DNA from: Podarcis gaigeae | Lineage: Eukaryota | Strand: one strand, 5' to 3' | Assembly (NCBI GenBank): GCA_964106915.2 | Contig: OZ066918.1 | DNA length: 64,000 bases | In this document: piece by piece, positions 22,301-37,300 of the stretch | Numbering within the stretch: position 1 is the first letter of the stretch | Layout of the letters: every line of letters begins with the position of its first letter | Translations under genes and position numbers: made by a program | The notes under the pieces: model-generated | Databases searched by the model: none | What the model saw: only the letters and a program-made list of their open reading frames with translations | Told to the model about the DNA's origin: nothing

Positions 22301-25300
22301 AGAGTTAAACGGGTCTGCATTGATCAACAACCGGCTGATGACAGAACCTCCAGGTAGAGAACCAGATGCCCCAGCACGGATATCTGTCAACAGAATACAA
22401 AACTTACAGGAAGCTGCAAGGAGTTTATGAAGCACACAGCACACAGCATATTTTCAATTGGCAAAACAGGATCTATTTTACCTCCAAAATCAACAGGATG
22501 TCACTTCTGGAGCATGAAACATTATCTCACACTTTCACTGTTGCTGAACAATGAGGAAAAAACAGGAATTTAGACCTATGAGTAACTCCAGCCTTAGTCC
22601 TTAAATCCTACACAGAAGCAGATTCAAGCAAATAAGTTTTCTAATTCCTATGAACAATTTATGTGTGCCTGAGAAGAAACAGAACTTTCCTACCATATAT
22701 TTTGATCTAATGATATCAACCTAGATGTGATATTAAATACGTATGTTGTTTACATTTAACATGCATATTTTTTGAAAATTTAGATTGGGGCAGCAGCTGA
22801 TGGGGAAGGGGGAGTTTAACCCTTTCTTCTCCAACTGTGGTCCCAACAAAAATAATTTTCAAGCTGCAATGGGGGGGAAAATCCTCCGCTGGTGCCAATG
22901 GTAGATTTCCTTCCAATACATATAGCAACTTCAAATGAAAAAATTTCTTCAAGACCACAGAAGGGACGAAAGGGTTAACCCCCGAATGACCCAAAATCCT
23001 TGTATGCTGCAACCCACATTTATCAGCCACCTTCCCTCTTCAGTAGCTATCCACATTTTTAAATGCACATTAAATGCAAACACAAATTTAAACTTACATC
23101 TAGTTTGGTTAGAAAGCTAGGAAAAATATGCTCAAAATTTTGTTCTGAAGTGGGACCCACTCAGCTTCCCAACTCCTATAAGGAAAATCCTCAGAATTTA
23201 TATGGAAGTGCATGAATGTGGTCCCAAAACAGAGATGTAAGTAAAATGGGCCACTATAAAGCAGAGCTTGTAAATATTGCTTCAATCCTGCAGTTATTGG
23301 CATGTGCCTCTAAATACTGAATAATAGACCTCATTGTTTGTATAGCATAGCTCTTGTTCAAAACCAGTTGGTTTACTTTTTTCTCTCTGAACAACAATTA
23401 GCTCTCCTGGTGATGATCAGTTCATCTTAGGAGTAAGATTTTGGAAATCTGGAAGTTTTAAGCAGTATACCCCAATTTCATACTTGTTCTCACAGATGGG
23501 CTTTAGCTTTACCATACATGCCCCCTTTCCAATGGTAGATAAAAGGAGACAATACAGAAAAGGAGACAATACAGAAAAGCTAACAAAGAAGACAGATATA
23601 AAAGGAGCAGGGGTTAAGTTTGAGAGAAAAGGAAAAATTGGAAAGTAACTTATTTATGTGCCCCCTCCGCAAGAACAGGCCTTTTCTGCAGTGGCTCCCC
23701 ATTTGTGGAATGCTCTCCTTCATTACATATCTTTAGGCACCAGGTGAAAACATTCCCAGGCCTCTATGGTCTTTTAAACAAAAGGGAGGGGGATAACTGT
23801 TTGTTTGTTATCACATTATGTATTTTTGTGTTTTTATACTGTAAACTGCCCTGTGATCCTTGGACGAAGGGCGGTATATACATTTAATATATATATAATG
23901 AATATATAAATAAAATAATAATAAAGAGAGAGAGATGCTGTACTGGGCAAGGCAGGGAACAAACTGGGAGCAGAGTCAGCTAACCTAGTCTAGGACCCAA
24001 AAGTTGGCTATGTGTTCCCTGCCTTTCTGGGGTGGTAGAAGGAGCTAATTTATCAGTAATGTATTACAGAAAAACCATGTTATGTCCTCAGTGCCAGAAG
24101 AGGTCATCTCTGGTTTAGCTAGACGGGAAGAGTGTTGTTGCACTCACTGGGGTAGATGATCTTTGCATTCAGCATTGGCAGATTATCCCGATTTCCTGCC
24201 TGGGGAGGAAGAGAGGCAGAGCTTCCCACTGATAAAGTTCCTTTACTTATTAATCTTTCACAAGGAGACTTGATAACTACAAAATACAACAAAAATCACA
24301 GGTACCATTAGAATGCTATGAAACGATGAACAGAGAAAACTTAGGTGTAGTGGGACATACTGTTTGTTAGTTACAAATTGTGCTATGAAAACCAACATTT
24401 TCAGCTAGGTACTCTTAATCTGGGCAGATTCATTATAGGTTTTTATATTGTAGCCAAAGATCAAGCCTTAGCTGGAATAAAGATGTTCTGAAGTGCTCCC
24501 AGTTCGAAATATAAAAGAAACTTAAACTAACAAATACTATGCAGTTCTCTCTGCCATAATTTCCTGTGCCCTTCTGTTATTTTCTAACATATTCTAGCCA
24601 ACACTGAAAGTGTTCCAAGAAAGACCCATCATGATGTTGAAGCCAATATTAAAATACTGTATATTCAATCTAAGAAATCGTTGTCATAATTAAAATATCT
24701 GAAAGTCCAAGGAGATCTGTAAGTATATGGAATTGAGGACAAGCTTCTATTAAAAACTAAATAATGGGTTCTTTTGGAAACTATACTAAGTTATGCTTTT
24801 AATGAAACAAAGGGACATATGAAAGAACTATTAATTACTTAAGTTTGTTATAAATATTTAGAATTCCACAGACTTTGTGAAATTTTGATGCTTTTGAAAA
24901 GAAGCTTTTTCTAACTTCTGTAGCTTCCTTTGTCCTACTGACCAATGCATTTTAAAATTACTTATGGTTATTCAGAATAAAGTGAGTCAATAGTATTTCA
25001 GGGAGAAACACAGCTGAGCTTATTAACAGCTGCTACTAAACTATGTACTGCAAATCCTGGATCCTAATAGCTTAGCTCCTAGCCCTATACCTAAGGTCAT
25101 AATAACAACTACAAGCTGGTTCAGGAAATCAGGCTGAGATGATCTATTGCTAAAACAGCTGAGAATTTAAACAACTGAGAATTTAAAGATGTATGTCATC
25201 CTTTGCTTATCTCACTATCCAACTGATAAGGGATGGTGTAACACTTGGAGCAAGATCTCAGACCCAGGGCTATGGAAATATTACAAATTCCAAGAAGGCT

Positions 25301-28300
25301 CCAGAAAGACACATATAAAGATGTTGCCTTCAACAAAGGTTAACTAAGGTTTTTACCTTTCCGATGGCTCCTCCCTTTTGGAAATCCATAGTTGCCAGTG
25401 TGCGAAGACTGTAAGGAGATTTTATTTTCATTCCTTAAGTCCTTTCCCTCTTCAGCGGTAGAGAGACCCAAGAGGAAGCTCTCCTGCTCTTGGGTTTGAG
25501 CATTCTGTTCATCTACAGCTAAACAGTAAAACAGTAACAGAGTCAGACAGACTTGCTAGGTATCACACTGCATTCGGGGAGGGAACTGGGTAAGTGGAAG
25601 ACAGCAACACTATTACATTTCATCCTAGAACCTTCATCAAATGGCTTTCCCAGATTCTGTAAACATCAAAACACACAGGCCACTGCTCATCTCATTTTTG
25701 CAACACCTGATGTAAAAAACAACAGGAATTCAGCTGACTTGCACATTTCACACTTGTAGTTCATGCCCACAAACTACATCCATGTTCAAGAATGAAGATA
25801 AGGAAGACTTGAAGGAGATAGGAGCCTTTCTAATCAAAATCAAAATGGTTCAACCAATGTGGGAAAAGGTGCAATGGTTGCACTTCCAAGGATATATTTC
25901 TCATGTGACCAAACCATTTCCAGAAGACCTGTCTTTATTTGCAAGAAGCATTTGGTAACCAAACAAATGATACTAAAAATGGAAAACAAATAAAGGACAC
26001 TAAAGGAACAAAAGGATTTATTCTGCTTATTTACCCTCTGTGTGATGACAGAAAAAGTCATGTGAACCTGGTCCTAAGCCAAGCTTAGAAATACAGTTCC
26101 TTAGTTTTCAAATATTTATTGTTAAGGTCAATGACCATCACAAAACAAAAGGAAAATAAATAGGAAGCACTTAAACACATACTCCAAATATGTAGAATAG
26201 AGTAAAATAAAATAGACTCCAAAAAACCACAGAGCATGGTTTTAGCTACAGAAAGCCAGCATACAAATAAAATTATGCATGTATGTATGCACATCTGAAA
26301 GAAAGAAAAAACCATAAGCACTAATTCACATGTTACAATAAACTCTTGGTTTGTTACTCCCAATTTGAACAGAGTGAAATGGGAGTCATTCAGCTGCATG
26401 CACTACCATGCTGCTTGTTTATGACTTAGCATGACAGGTGAACATGGTCAGTCAGCTAACATGTTCGAAAACGTTGATCTGATAAATGTTTTTCTTACTT
26501 CTGAAAAGCTTTTGACATCAGAAAAAATGGCAGCTTCATGGTGAAAACCCTACAGTCTACAGAATTCATTTCTGACTTTTGAAAGAATTATACGGCCTAT
26601 TTAAAAACGCAGTAGTTGAATCCCAGTTCTTGTATGTCTTGATAATACAGTAGCATATTTCCTTGTCCTTACCTTTTTCTGCATGCTCTATAATCTGACG
26701 AATAGCTTTTTTCAGACTGTTGGCTCTCAACATCAATTGCTCACGTGGACGAAATATCTGAGGACGGGCAGTGCAAGAGGAGCCTACTGAACGCTCACTA
26801 GAAGAATCACAAGCACTGCCTGAACCGTCACCATCTTCTGTCTCTTCTGCTATGGTAGGAGGCGGGTTTGGCAAAGATGACAAAGCTTGAGATTCTTCAT
26901 TCAGTGTTTTCAGAAGGGAGTCGAGCTTCTCTTTCAAAACAGAGCACTACAAGTACAAAGCATAAAGTTTTATGGAAATTGTATAGTGTGTGTGTGTGTG
27001 TGTGCGCGCGCGCGCGTGTTGGAGAGAGAGGAAGGGAGAGATAGATTTGAATTTCCTTTCCCCCCCCCAATACCTTTCGGGCCATGACGTCTGACTCCTC
27101 AGAGCTTTCCGGTGCTTTTTCGTAGGCCTTCCCTACTCGAGCCACAAAATCCTTCACAGTCTCACAGAGCACCCTAAGTGAAATAGAACAGGTAAGCAAT
27201 AATTATTTCCCCAACAAGCATAACATAGCAGACTTCTTTATACCACTTCTCTCTGGAGCACTTACTTGGCTGATGAAATGACCACTGAGTGTTGGTCGGA
27301 TGTCAAGATTTTGGATAAATGAGCAGCCACAGAATCTTCATAGAAGAGAATCTGCTGCACCTTGTCATGGTTAGAAATGGATAATTGTTATCACCTCATC
27401 TGGACTTGCACATCACAGGATCAACATGGAGCAGTACATGCTATATTCTTGGCTCCCCATAAAGGTGTAGCCATGATTTCAGTTTACTCTACAGTGAGCA
27501 CTCACAAACCATACAAACAAGTCAAGCAACTTGGTACATTATTCACTTCACTGTGGCTTCAGACAAGGGAAATGATTGCAGTTTGTTTGTTTGAGCTATG
27601 AAAACAATTAAAAATATTTTTTAGCCTCTCTTGAGTCCTTTCTACATATCTGAGTATAGAAGCCATGCCTCCCCTTAGAACTATTTCCCCATGAATCTAT
27701 CCCATAGGAGTTTTGCTCTGCTATCATCTAACTTTTTAAAGTTCATTTTCATAGTCCCCCCGATATATACAACTACCTCAGAATCTTCACTGAAATCTTC
27801 AGTGACTGTAGAAGCAGATGCTTGTCGAGGAAGTTTTGTTTCATACACCATAATGCTCCACCTATTGAAAAAGAGACATCACAGCATTTAATACAAATTA
27901 GATACCCTTAAAAGGGCACACATGGTTTATGAAGAAGCAACAGGAAGTGGATGCTTAAGGCAGATGATGCTAGAAAGAACACACTTTTCCTTCTTACATC
28001 TCTGTATTAAAAATGAACAGAGGAAATTGATCCTTTTGACTTTTTTTTTGTTGTTCAGGTGCAACATGTGTAATGAGGCAGGGCCAGCAGGATGCCTTCA
28101 CACAGAGACAAACCCCATCTCTTCACACTCACAAAAATACTCTTAAATTATTGGGAAGGAAGGAGAGCAACATTCCTGAAAAAGCAACTCCTCCTAAAAT
28201 TAGGGAATCCTGGGATACATAGGAGGAACTATTCAGCATAGTTATTACTATATTGACTGATACAGAAAACAGCTGATGTTAAAAGAATGCCATACAAAAA

Positions 28301-31300
28301 TCTTTCAGAGATGCCTTCCTCATTTCCACTGCTTTATCACACAGCTCGTTAAACACCCACAACCCATTAAACAGACCCAGGGCAGAGTAAAGCAGATCCA
28401 CTGACAAAAACCTCAGACTTTGGGCCATATCTAGCACTGAAGCTCCAGAAGTGCAAGGGACTTCCATGTGCACATTTGGTGATTCTGACTATCACTGTGT
28501 TAGGGAACAGGACCAGAATCATAGAACAGCACCTACCTGTCAAGCATTTTGGTACTGGCCCTTTCCAGCTTTTCCAGTATCTGAGGAAGTTGAGTGTCAT
28601 CATCACAAGCAGATCCCCAGCCTAGCACACGGGCAAGATCATTGCCTGTGCCCAAGGGCAACACTCCCAACTGGCACTACATAGGAAGGGGAGAGAAAAA
28701 ATAAGACTAGCCCAAAGGGATTCACTGCCCACACCAACTCTGACCACTGAATGTTTTCTAGTTGATTTCTCACAGTAAAGACGATGTGAGAAAATTACAC
28801 AGTAAAGAGTCCAGTTAAAAAGAAAATATGTCGTTAATATTTCACCCATATTGTTTCACCATTTTCAAATTATTTTGTTGTTTTATTTTTTGCAGATTGG
28901 AGTCCCCCCACCCCAGATCCTTATTTAAGAATTCCTACCCATTAAAAAAAATATATTTCCCCAGCTTTCCATTACAAGGAATGGTGGCTTATTCCTATTC
29001 AACATCTACAGGTATTTTTTTTTAAAATAAGGAGACCCACTGTGTATGTTGCTGGAGTTTACAACAATAACAACAAGAAGGATGCAATGTAGGGATGGAA
29101 ACAGTCAAAAATAGCTGATAAGAAATCTGTTTCTAAAAAGTTAAAGTGTGAGAAACAAGAGTTCAATTACAGCCATGACATTGAACAATAGTTGCAAACC
29201 TTGTTAAAGATCAGTATTTCAGTCAACCACAAAGTGGTGCTATTGCCATTTTGAAACAAGAATTATTTGTTATCATAAAGGCAATACTTCCATTCCAAGC
29301 AAATAGCTATTTCAAGAACTAGGCATGATTTATATGATCAAGTATCAGCCCAACGATAACTTCAAAACTGCCTGCACAGAGGCTACTCTACATGGTTTGT
29401 GCCATGAAACTGTGAATTGGAATGAAGGGTTGGAAGACTGCAGTGGCATAGTGAAAGCTGAAAGTTACGCATGGTGAACATCTACACATGAATGAGTTGC
29501 TATGTGGAACAGTTGCTATGCTAGACTTAAACAGGGCCTTGTGAACCAGCCCTAAACAAACAAATACATAAAAGACTATACCCTTTAAGACTTCCTGAGA
29601 CCAGAAAGATATTTGGCTGGGGGAAGATAATGTGATATCTTCCCCCAGGTGGGGGAACACTAGGTGGGGGCAACACCTACTGCTGCTCTCTTGCAAGTGA
29701 ACCTTACTCACATTCAGTAAACACCGAGTTGGGAATCCCATGTTTGTCATGCAAACTTTCAGTCTTAGATATTTCGTTATTTTAGGCAAAATTGTATTTC
29801 ATAAGGTCCTCCTTGCTCTCTTTTGTCATTTAGCCAATCCACATGTAGAATGGCAACTTAGAGAAATTACCTGTTTATGGAGACTAAGGCTGTCAATTTC
29901 AGAGAGAACCCATCCAACGCTTCCATCCCCACCACATACCAGAATTCGGAAGGTGTCGAATTTCTGGAATAAACGTAAACTGCACAGGAAAAAAGGTATA
30001 TCTGCTATAATGTATTATTAAAATATGAGAGAGTTTAACAACTAAAATCTATTCGACAGGAGTAATAAAGGCTTTTGTTGGATTTCAAATTAATCAGAAT
30101 CTGTATTTGCAGGGGCAAAGTAACAGCAGTGTACCAGTTAGCCATCTATGCAACACAAAGACCTAAGTTTGGGTACTAGAGTATTTGGGGTTTTTTAAGC
30201 AGATACTTTCTTCCCAGAACAAGAACCACAGAGAGTGGTTTGCAATTCAACAAATAAACGAAAGGTTCTATGGAGCTTCATAAGGGGTACCATATCCCTG
30301 CAGTAAATGTAACAGAATGAACACATACATTCTGAGACCATAGCTAAGTGGTTGAGCATGTGTTTACATCAAGAGGTCTCTAGGCTCACTCACCTGGCAT
30401 CACCAGTTAAAGCAGCAGACAGCTGGTAATGTTAAGGACCTATGCCCCAAATCCTAAAGAGTCACTGCCAGTCAGAGTAGGCAATAGTGGATTAGATGTA
30501 CAAATAGTCTGACCTAATAAGGCAGCTTTCTAAACTTTAAAGGCGTTCTTATTCAAAGACACAGAGAAGCATAAATTACAGTAAGTCTGCAACTTGTGTG
30601 CATTTAACTTGTGGACATTCAGCTGTATGCGCATGGCAAAAAAACAAGATTTACAAAAAAACAACCAAGGCGCGGCTTCCAATTGGTTGCAAGAGCTTCT
30701 TGCACTTCCGCTTGAGTGCAAGAAGCTCTTGCAACCAATTGGAAGCCGCACCTCGGTTGTCAAATGTTTCAGAAGTTGAACGGTCTTCCGGAACAGATTA
30801 CGTTCGACAACCAAGATTTCACTGTATACACATTCTTTTTCTCCAGTATTGCCACATTATATAAGCTCATGCTCTGTCCCTCATGCCTGGGGCCACTAAG
30901 TATTTGCAGGCATCTGTACATCAAGAGAGCATCTCTTACCCGAGGTGAGGTCCTCCATTCATAAGATCAAAGACCTGTGCAGGATTCAGCAGTTGTTTGA
31001 ATCTTCGTAGGAACTTTACTCCCTGGTTGTCTCCACTTTTTGAGTTAACAAAGACCAGCAAAGGGCTTGTGCAAGAAGGGGGACAAGTGGCTTTCCAGAA
31101 CCCTGAGAGGGAAAAGCAAAAATTAAGAATAATTGAGCTCTATTACCACAGGGTGGCTAACAGTCTGCAGGTCTTTAAGTGATCTTTAACCAGCATATTA
31201 CATGGAACTACATGGCTGTTTAAATTTACTGTTTTTTTAATTCCTTTTTAAAAAAAAATCAAAATATTCCAACGGTGACATTTTAATTCTGACTTTTAAG

Positions 31301-34300
31301 ATTTGGAGAATGGGTTCATTATTAGCATAGTGGCTGCACTAGGTTGCATTTAGTACAGAATGTTGCAGCACGATGGCTGATAGGATTGAGATTCTCTCAG
31401 CATATGACATTCCTGCTCAAAGATCTGCACAGGCTGCTGCTTTGTTACTGGGCCAAGTTCAAGGATTTACTAATGGCATATAAAGTCTTTAACGGTTAGT
31501 GGTCAGTTTACTTGATGGATTGCATTGCCCCAATGTGGTTATTTGACTGCTTTGATCTGCGGACCTTGCACATTTACAAGTACCTAACAGTTGTTCCAAT
31601 ATCTTGGTGTGACAACACCTATACTAAATTTGAGCTCTACAAATTTGCAGTCTAGGTCTCCCGTCTTTGTGAATGTAAGAAAGAAGATAAGGAACGAAAT
31701 AAGGAAGAAGGAAAGAGAAAAAGATTATGGTGCACATAATGAGTATTAGGCACTATAATGAGAATAACTGCTTTATGTGTTATGCCAACATTGGTTTTTT
31801 GAGCTATTTGCTCGATTGGCAAAGTGTGAAACAAACACTGAAAAGCATTAGCTGATACCTACCATCCGAATCAATGCTGTTGAGAGCTGTAGGAGGGATG
31901 ACAGAAACTTTGCAAAGGCCAAGCGGGCATTTGGTTGGTAACAAGTCTCTGCATGAGGTATGTACCTGGGGGAAAAATATATTAGCTAAAGTTTTGCTTC
32001 TATTCAGGTGTTTTAATGAAGAAGAAATTCACAGGAATGGAAAGGAAAAGAAATATACACTGAAATCACAAACTAGCTTAATCTTGGGAGTCCAGTCCAT
32101 GATCTGTGAAACACAGTGGTTACAAGTCCAAAATTAAACCACAGTTTCCATTTGGGACATAACACAAAACCTGCCAAAGCAAGCCCACAAGGAAAGGAGC
32201 AGGGTGGGAGTTCCCAAAGCAGGGCCATTACATCTGAACAGGCTTTAGCCCTGTAGTGTTTTGTTTGCATGCATTTACAAACCTGTGTGCATAATACAGG
32301 ATGAAATAGTTATGTCAACCCTTAGTCTATCCAGCTCAAAGGAATATAAAATCATTTCCCTTTTTACAATACTTGGGACCCTTGATTCTGAAAGTTGTAT
32401 CCTAAGAATACTGACTTACAGATCAAAAGATTGGTGAAGAGTAGGTTTGTTAAACTGGAAACACTGATGAGTAAACAATAAATTCTACAGTCGGCAAGAA
32501 TACATAATGAGAGCAGTACCTAAAACAATGGGCACAAAAAAGCAACTGATCTTTCACAAAGGCCCAAGATTTTTTCAAAAGTTTTGTAGTTAATTGCATA
32601 TCATTTTCCTTAAATAATTCTGTGAACAACAATAAAACGTCAGAGGTCAAATGGTTTATCTGGACATCTTACGCCTCTCTGGCTATTTGCTTACATTTCA
32701 AATACATTTTCCACACACACTCATGTGCATGTAGAATGCCAAGAAATTCATTATCCTTAGGATTTACACTTAAGAATCAGTGAAGTATCCAAAATAATTC
32801 AGTGCTATTCTGCTTGACTGTCAAGGAAAGGCAGGCCTTGCCAAAATAATATACGGCTTGTTAATAAGCGATTCCCAGGATACAAGAAGAGCATATATTT
32901 AGGACTCTATATTCTGCATCAGAAAGATCTGTAATACATTTATTATTGCTTTCAGATGTGACCTTTATTTTCTGGCAAAGGACCAGTAAGCAAGCAATCT
33001 CTATTAATCTAATTCTGTTTATTCAACATAGTGAAATTTCCTTAGGCTGCTGTGGTAACATCATGACAGATCACCGACATTTCTACCCATCTTAGAATCA
33101 GTGGATAAAGAGCCTATAGATGGCTACACATTTTGCTATGCTTATCCACGACTATGTAAAAGACTGGTAATTGGCAAAAGCAGCATAAAATCTTTTAAAA
33201 ACATCTAACAGCTGGCTTATTTTAGTTGAACTCTAACTAGCAAATAAATAAATAAATTCAGTGGGATGCCTTTGAAACTTTCTGCTTACATAGTAGCATT
33301 ATCAGAATACACAGGCACAGTGCAGAAAAGGGAGTAAAATTGAACAGCATTGCAACATTAACTGACCATTGCTTTGCACCAGAGACAGCGCCAGTCTTGC
33401 AAGCGCAGTACACTGCCACATGTTTTATCACACACTGTGCATTTGGCACTCACAGGCAGGTTTCCTTCAAGCCACTGGTGTGGCATTGAAATCTGCAAAC
33501 AAGCAGAAAATAAATCACTTTCATTATAGGGCCGTTACTAGACTCTATGCCCTCTTTGAAATATAGAGCAACACTCACCCTTCCCATTGCTTTATTATTA
33601 TTATTAATATTTATTGAATTTGTATACCGCCCTATACCTGGAGGTCTCAGGGCAGCTCGCAGAACAAAATCAAAATATAAAACCACAAAATATATAATCA
33701 AAATAAAAACCACAACCCAATAACTCCCCCCGTACTTTAAAAGTAAGTATACATGTTCCTCTCTGAAGTCTCTAAAGAATCTAGAGAATCTTAGCAGAAG
33801 CAGAGGTGTATGTGAAATGCCTTCTATATGCCTGTTAACCTTCCCTACATGAGAAATGGCCTCATACATACCCCGTCTTCATCCTCAATGATATCCTTCC
33901 CAATAGATGCTAGTGTTGTCCATTTGCAGTTATTAGTTGCCCGGACAGCACACCTCTTGTGGGCTTTAAATTTGCAGACTAGAAAAGCCAGGAGGAGAGG
34001 GAAAGGAAGAAAGAGAAGAGTAGATATGAGGTGAGCTGAGCGAACACTCCATTTATATCTACACGAAACTCAGTGTTACAAAACCTATTTCTTTTCTTCT
34101 GCTTTTAGCATCACTAACCAATCTAATCTAAACAAGGCATGTACAGGAAATCTTAAACCTGTTCTAATTAGGAATTAATTATCCTCAGGAAACATTACAT
34201 ATACATTACCAAATTACAGATTATTTTATTTGAATCAGACATATTTTCTGAAAAATATTCTAAAACAAGCCAGTAGGGAATAGTTACCGTATTTTTCGCC

Positions 34301-37300
34301 CTATAGGACGCACCGTCCCATAAGGCGCACCTAGTTTTTTGGGGGGGAAATAAAGGGAAAAAAATTATTTCCCCCCCCCCCAGGTGTGGGGCTGGGGTGG
34401 GGGAGGCCCGAGCTTCCCCCGCCCCAGCCCCCAAACAGGCAGCTCTCTGCAAGCCATGGGAGCCCAGCGCTGGCTCCCGCTGCTTGCGGAGAGGTCCGCG
34501 AAGCCTGGACGCGCTGAGCTCAGCGCGCACAGGCTTCGGCATGCAGGCAACTCTCCGCAAGCAGCGGGAATGCTCCCACTGCTTGCGGAGAGGTCCGCGA
34601 AGCCTGCAGAGCGAGAGGGGTCAGTGCGCACTGACCCCTCTCGCTCTCCAGGCTTCAGCGAAAGCCTGCATTCGCCCCATAGGATGCACACACATTTTCC
34701 CTTCATTTTTGGAGGGGAAAAAGTGCGTCCTGTAGGGCGAAAAATACGGTATGTTGATGAATTACCTGCAGAGAAAAAATAATTCATGTCATATTTCTAA
34801 AATGTTCCTGAATTTAATTGTGGATCTTAGATGTATTTCTCCCCTTATATCATATAACGCCCTCTAAGGATCTATGTTTATTAAAAAACCTAACCTAAGA
34901 GAGGTTGCTGACCACAAAGCCCAATCACAGTTATCTTTAGCAGCCAGGTTTCTGCAACACGCAATGAAGATTTGTGAATGTTATATAACATTAACTTAAA
35001 TGTTAGATGAAGGTTTTTTGATTACTGATTTTATTGTACTAAACCCTCCTGGAATCTTTTATATATGCCAACAAAGTTGAGATAATTTAAAAAAGAAGAA
35101 GTTGTCCTTCTCATTCATAAGGTTCTTTGCTCCTATAATTTGACAAAAGTTATGAAGCACAATAAATATAGAATCAAACCTAACCAGTTTTATTTTGTAC
35201 TGTAGCTAATCCTGTTTTGGTATAATTTTTCTCAGTCATTGCATAAGCAGGATTTTTAGATCAAGGCCTATTTCATTTGCAAGATGTCAAAATCTGGCAG
35301 GGAACATTTCAGGATCATACGGTTATTCCCGTCTTGGAATGGTGACCAACCAATGGGATGCGAGTCTGACCAATGCCTTCTTGGAAGCCTAACAGCTTTA
35401 TGTTCCAAGCACAAAATAATGAAAGGATTTTACCTTCGCAGGAGAGTCCGTGGGACGTGACTCCAGATAGTGCCTCCCGACACACATTGCAGTATGTTGG
35501 CCGAGCATGCGAACAGGCGTACCAGTTATGCATCCCTGAGAAATGGTCCATACTGTACTGTGTAGACTGAAAATGAATTTATGGTAACCAAATGAAGATG
35601 ACATCCCAATGGGGCACTGATATAGATATTAAATTGTGCTAACTATATATTTCTGAGGCAGAATCTACACCTGTATAATCTGTGGAGCATTGTAACCACG
35701 GAAGAACAGAGGAACAAGAATGCCCTGCTGTATGTGGGGGGGGGGGGAAACAACAATCTGAAAAGTACATCAAGGGGTGAAATGGTAAACTTCATCCCAC
35801 ACAGTACAAGCACAATGAGAGGAATGTACTGTAGTCTGGGGGCTGTAAGAAATGTAAATGAAATGCCCACCAAGCATTTTTGCACAGAACTATGGAGTAC
35901 AATCGGCTTGAAATGGTCTGGATTGGTAATTCAAAAATTTGCCAGCTGCAAGCGAGAAAGATAATAGAATCATAGAAATGTAGAGCTGGAAGGGACCCAA
36001 TCCAACCTCCTGTGATGCAGGAATAGAAGCTGACAGCTAAGTCCACCACCTTATCATTAGAAAGTTCTTCCTAATCTTTAGTCGGAATCTCCTTTCTTGC
36101 AAATGGCAGGCATGAGGGCACCAGTCCTGACATGTACTGCATAGTGGGGCAAAGGCACCTAACCCCCACATCAAGGTTCTGAAATGGATCAGGTACTCTG
36201 CACCTGCAATTTGCTAATTGCATGCATGGAGTCTTGCCTAGTTTTGCCCTTATTAATAGTGATAAATGGCATCAATACATAATATTCAAATACTGTATTC
36301 TTTCTCATACACATTAAACATTTTTACTATCTTAAGTATTTTAAGATCTGAATTCTCATGGCATTTATCTGCTTGGAGTTTTTTGTGTGTGTTTACTGTT
36401 TTTTAATTTATGTAAATTTAATTTTTTATGATTTTTTTTATTTATCAATCTATATTTTTTTTCACCGAGGACACTCCAAAAAAACAGCAGTCATTACAAA
36501 ATCACATCTGTACCTTACAAGTGGTGGTTTCCAAAATAAAAATAGTACTTTTGAAGTTCTAACTCTTTATCATAACTGTACTAATCACAGTCCACCTAAT
36601 TTACTGTTTGTACTCTTGCAAAATCAAAGACATCACTCCACGTAGTACTCACTTACGGGAAAGTGCAACTTTCTTTCCTGATCTTGGATTACTCATGATG
36701 ACAAGGCCTGAATGACTAAAGTGAGCAATCACTTTAAATTCAGACAGTTTATATACATGTTCTGATGACCACTGACTTCAGAGAATATATAACTGCTGAA
36801 ACAAGCAGCATATAGGAACAGTAAACAGTGTATGCGTTGGGGGTGAGGCTGTCACTGCATTTAAAAATAAAGGGCAGATATACATCTCTACCTAACCTAT
36901 TTCATTACCTCAAAATGTTCACGATTCTGTACAGTCTTCAGTGCTGCAATCCAGTCCTCCATTTCTTTTCTATTATCTGCACACAAGATGAGTTTCCGAC
37001 ATGGAGTAATGACCTGTAAGGTAAGAGAATAGTCTGGTACTCTTAACTCCCTGAGATACTAACAGAAGAGGAGGATAGCAAAGAATGACTGTTTCATTCT
37101 GACTTAAAGGTTTCTGGAGACATGAGACTACTTCAACAGATGCAGGAGAAGGTAGAGAACCAAGCTTTGCAGTTGAGCAACAAAAGGGAAATAAAACCTA
37201 GGGCCTTTCCAGGTGACCAAAATAAAAAATCCTGTGCCAGAGACCACATCTTCCAAAACACTTTAAAAATGTGTAATGGTTCTCTGTGCTTTGATGCTAT

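Noticed and set aside
23400-23520. Box C/D snoRNA (gtgatga motif)
   Set aside because: The C-box-like motif is on the non-host strand, and no matching D box or terminal stem was found.
36650-36715. Exon-like segment with ATG and a gtaagtgagt donor in intron 4
   Set aside because: The ATG frame is phase-incompatible with exon 5, and the nearer acceptor frame has a stop.
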